DNA from: an uncultured virus (IMG/VR IMGVR_UViG_3300036719_002413)
Taxonomy: Duplodnaviria; Heunggongvirae; Uroviricota; Caudoviricetes
IMG/VR virus record: IMGVR_UViG_3300036719_002413
Length of the DNA: 20,000 nt
Strand: one strand, 5' to 3'
The notes below the pieces were generated by a model. That model was not told the DNA's origin. It saw nothing but the letters and a program-made list of their open reading frames with translations, and searched no databases. Made by a program: the position numbers and the translations under genes. This document shows positions 17,106-20,000 of this stretch, in pieces (positions within the stretch are counted from its first letter, which is position 1; every line of letters begins with the position of its first letter).

Positions 17106-17255
17106 CTAATTAGCGCTAATTGGTATTAGTGCTATATTAATGCTAGTACTCCCTAATCTACCAATTGGTCCAAATATTTTATTGAAGCACCAACCAGTTT
17201 TATAGTATACTACTTCCTGTAATATACTATTAGTAGCTCTAAATGTTTTAGTCAT
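17106..17255 (-). CDS. 49-aa small protein (not in ORF track)
   Basis: MTKTFRATNSILQEVVYYKTGWCFNKIFGPIGRLGSTSINIALIPISAN starts 5 nt after the upstream stop. Confidence 0.4.
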   Translation of the reverse strand: MTKTFRATNSILQEVVYYKTGWCFNKIFGPIGRLGSTSINIALIPISAN

Positions 17256-17260
17256 TGTTT

Positions 17261-17413
17261 TTATAAGATATGGTATAATATAACACTTATGACACCAAAT
17301 AGTAAGTACATGGTGTAATCTTCCTTAGATGTTTTTTGGTAATCTGTAAGATATTTATCTGATAGACAAATAGTTAAACAGAATAATGCTACTATAAATA
17401 AGAATATATTCAT
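17261..17413 (-). CDS. 50-aa membrane peptide (not in ORF track)
   Basis: MNIFLFIVALFCLTICLSDKYLTDYQKTSKEDYTMYLLFGVISVILYHIL with TTAAAACCTTAAAATCATG leader like the other genes. Confidence 0.55.
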   Translation of the reverse strand: MNIFLFIVALFCLTICLSDKYLTDYQKTSKEDYTMYLLFGVISVILYHIL

Positions 17414-18100
17414 GATTTTAAGGTTTTAATTGTTAATACCTCTCTATCACCACAATAGAGCCGCACAATGTTGATACATACATTGCAGACTAGCCCCAAT
17501 GTAAGAACAACTACTACAATCATATTACTATGATTGAGGCACAGGGACGATAAGGAATAAGTAATAAACCTTAAAGTTTATGCTGCCACCATCATTGTTA
17601 TTTAGGTTATTAATCAGCACAATAATTAAATTACTATCCGATATTCTTTCACAATGACTTTATATCTTCTACCTACTATTTGCTACAATATTTTTATGTA
17701 GTTGGTATAGAGTATTCTAACTGTTTTGTAATAGGTAAATTGTTTATGGTCACTTATACCACTAACTAAGTATGTAGGATTGAATACCTACTATGTTCAA
17801 TTAATTTTGTATCCTATTACAAAACAATTAGATATGAGAATGATATTTGTGTTGTTAGTGGTAATACATCTTAAACTACTGAAATCCATTTCTCTTTCTC
17901 AAGGAGAAACAACACAATTTGTAGTATAAATAACTTACGATTACCTTTAAACGTATTACCAATCTTGATAAGGATATAATTGGATTATTTATTACTACAA
18001 CTTTTTATGTGAATTATAAACCTGATATTTAGTGGTAGAGAACTACATAAATAGAATTCACAAAGGTAAATATCCAACCTATTTCTTTACTAATTAATTA

Positions 18101-18234
18101 CCCCTCTGCACTCAGTTGTAATACTTCAGGAGCTTCACCTGCCTTCTAGTATACTTGTACTTCTCAGTTAAGAGTCAGTACGAGCTTTCTTACTTTGTAG
18201 TACAACTGCTCACCCGAAGGTTAGTGCAAAAGGA
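18101..18234 (-). repeat. Structured repeat module, copy B
   Basis: Shares 22-nt ccctctgcactcagttgtaata (18102-18123 = 18667-18688) and tacaactgct(c/a)accc (18201-18215 vs 18764-18778) with copy A; internal CAGTTGTA/TACAACTG stem. Confidence 0.85.
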
Positions 18235-18278
18235 AATTAAGTTCAGGTTTGATGTGATCTCCCCTAAACTCAATGTTG

Positions 18279-18446
18279 TTAACACTCATTTGATTGATTT
18301 TCTAAACCATTAAGCTCACATTCGTTTTTTAAATCTTGTAAATCTTCAGCTTTTTTTAAAGCCCATTTTAAAATACTTACTAATTCATCAATATCTTTAC
18401 CATCTCTGTTTATAGTATAGATTATGTGCTCTTTTAATTTATCCAT
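18279..18446 (-). CDS. 55-aa small protein (not in ORF track)
   Basis: MDKLKEHIIYTINRDGKDIDELVSILKWALKKAEDLQDLKNECELNGLENQSNEC with AAAACAAAATG leader. Confidence 0.6.
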   Translation of the reverse strand: MDKLKEHIIYTINRDGKDIDELVSILKWALKKAEDLQDLKNECELNGLENQSNEC

Positions 18447-18666
18447 TTTGTTTTACATTTTTACAACTTACCAGTTATTTGTTATTTTACAACACACTTT
18501 AATATAGGTAGTGTTGATTACCTAATTTCAATAGTTTATTCTATTTTACCCCCCTACACTGGGAAGTAGAAATGGTGCATTACAGAGTTTATGATATTTC
18601 TATCAACCACCACTCTAAGGACTGATTCTAATGTTTATAGTCTAATAATCAGTTAAATTTGGACTT

Positions 18667-18945
18667 CCCTCTGCACTCAGTTGTAATATAGTTTTCACAA
18701 AACATGGCTTTACATATCACTATGATATGATGGTCTTCACCTCATGATGTTTGTCACTATTATTACAACTGCTAACCCTTGGGAGCTGATTAAGTAAGAC
18801 TTACGTTATTGCTAACTGCGAGTTAATCAGGTAGTTTCACATCTTAGGGGCATCTCTTCGACGGTTATTTTACATTTCCCTACAGAGGCATTACTGCTTG
18901 TTTTTTCTAAGAAGTCTTTATATCTACGTGAGTTGTGGTGCATTA
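18667..18945 (-). ncRNA. Twister-ribozyme-like RNA with large inserted helices (repeat copy A)
   Basis: Ordered elements UAA-UGCA-CC (18945-18937), UCCC-AA-GG (18784-18777) and UGCA-GA-GGG (18675-18667) mirror the twister L1/P2/T2/L4/T1 pattern. P1 is weak. Confidence 0.45.
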
Positions 18946-19198
18946 ATAGTAGAGTTTCACTTCGCTTTATATCTCTACTAAACCCCGCTTCTAGGGCTTA
19001 ATTAAGTTTCTGGTGTAGGTGGACGTTTTCATCTCCTAATTGACCAGATTAATAGGGATAGTTTTACCTATTTTCAACAGTTTGATTACTGTCATTGAGA
19101 TCCTAACTACCATTAGGATGTTTAACTCTCTGTTATACCCAACCGCTACAGTGCTTAAAGCCCTTAGTCTCGGTCGGGTGGTAGCTCATTTGTATTTA

Positions 19199-19555
19199 CT
19201 AATAACCAGCAGCTATTGCATCATTTATCATGTGCATTACTCTGTCTTTTATTTCTTTCTCAGTATATGGTTTATAACACTCTGAATTATTAATGTGAGA
19301 ACCATCCATACTGAAATTATAACCAAGCTTATCTTTTAAGAATTTAGCTGTTAATTCCCTAGCACCATACCCATCACCCGCTACTGCTTTACAAGGCTCA
19401 GTCATACTCTTTGATTTATTGAAATGCATATTGATATGACCTAGGAAACAACAGTTTCCCACCTTATCAACAAACTTATGAGCAATGAATTGCTCTTTAG
19501 GTATAGGCTCAATGATCTCTTTGATCTGAGTGAAATTAGTGATTTTGTAGCTCAT
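19199..19555 (-). CDS. Hypothetical phage protein
   Basis: MSYKITNFTQ...CCFLGH...; ATG at 19555 preferred because the track's upstream extension runs through a terminator hairpin. Confidence 0.75.
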   Translation of the reverse strand: MSYKITNFTQIKEIIEPIPKEQFIAHKFVDKVGNCCFLGHINMHFNKSKSMTEPCKAVAGDGYGARELTAKFLKDKLGYNFSMDGSHINNSECYKPYTEKEIKDRVMHMINDAIAAGY

Positions 19556-19633
19556 TTGTGTTTGTATTATAAGGTTTATAAATAAGATTATAGTGCTATA
19601 TGTTATATGTACCTCATTAGAACTGACTAAGTT

Positions 19634-19672
19634 AAAAAAATAAGAGAGGTAGTGAGTGAACACTACCCCTCT
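19634..19672 (-). terminator. Intrinsic terminator
   Basis: AGAGGGGTAGTG-TTCACT-CACTACCTCTCT followed by TATTTTTTT, 13 nt after the stop at 19686. Confidence 0.75.
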
Positions 19673-19685
19673 GAGGATCAATTAC

Positions 19686-20000
19686 TTAAGGCTCAACGCG
19701 CTCAGGTTCTTTCACCGTTACTTCACTCATTTTCAAGTCAAGGTAAGGATTTCCCTTCTCATCAGTGTTTTTGCTTTCGACAACAACACAGTTGAACTTT
19801 TGACCTGCTTTAGAGTCCTGTAAACGGTTGAACGTACCATGCTCCTCTGATTGGTATTCGTAACCAATATACACAGCTTTCTTCAGTTGAGGGTTTTTCT
19901 CCCTTGCTTCGCGGCTCTTCTTCGTTTCAGCAACGAATACAGTCCCAGTTGAAGTAGCGTTGAATACATTGCCCACTTCTAATCCACTTGGTAAGCGCAT
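19686..20000 (-). CDS. Hypothetical protein, possibly 5'-truncated by the window edge
   Basis: Open to the window edge, higher GC than the rest, followed by a terminator. Confidence 0.7.
   Translation of the reverse strand: MRLPSGLEVGNVFNATSTGTVFVAETKKSREAREKNPQLKKAVYIGYEYQSEEHGTFNRLQDSKAGQKFNCVVVESKNTDEKGNPYLDLKMSEVTVKEPERVEP

Noticed and set aside
18102..18688. 22-nt direct repeats as a CRISPR array or att sites
   Set aside because: Only two copies 565 nt apart, no regular spacers, no cas or integrase gene; better explained as RNA structural modules.
19040..19285. Plus-strand 81-aa ORF
   Set aside because: TTG start, against the transcription direction, overlapping a minus-strand gene and structured RNA.
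19556..19681. N-terminal extension of the 160-aa ORF
   Set aside because: Runs through a terminator; ATG at 19555 has the typical A-rich leader.
1..20000. Stop-codon reassignment (TAG to Gln) in this window
   Set aside because: Long genes are intact in code 11 and TAG ends several tightly packed genes. The apparent gap at 1-860 is an edge-truncated ORF.

Overview
AT-rich (roughly 30% GC by eye) segment of a large lytic phage, probably infecting Bacteroidota (crAss-like or Flavobacterium-type). Supporting signs are A-rich ribosome-loading regions without Shine-Dalgarno motifs and one TTTG-N20-TAnnTTTG promoter. Essentially everything is on the minus strand. In transcription order (right to left) the window holds: small genes; a ~2.6 kb ORF-poor region packed with structured RNA candidates, including repeated twister-ribozyme-like modules; a tmRNA with an unusual 28-aa tag; tRNA-Arg(UCU) and two aberrant tRNA-like genes; an unclassified ~100-nt structured RNA; a tRNA-Leu(UAA) split by a 745-nt group I intron carrying an HNH endonuclease with its own promoter; a Prs-like plus Nampt-like pair resembling the NARP1 NAD+ reconstitution anti-defence pathway, near HAD and MazG-like genes; tRNA-Ile2(CAU); hypothetical genes; and a family A DNA polymerase. 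All calls are from manual reading, with no database searches.
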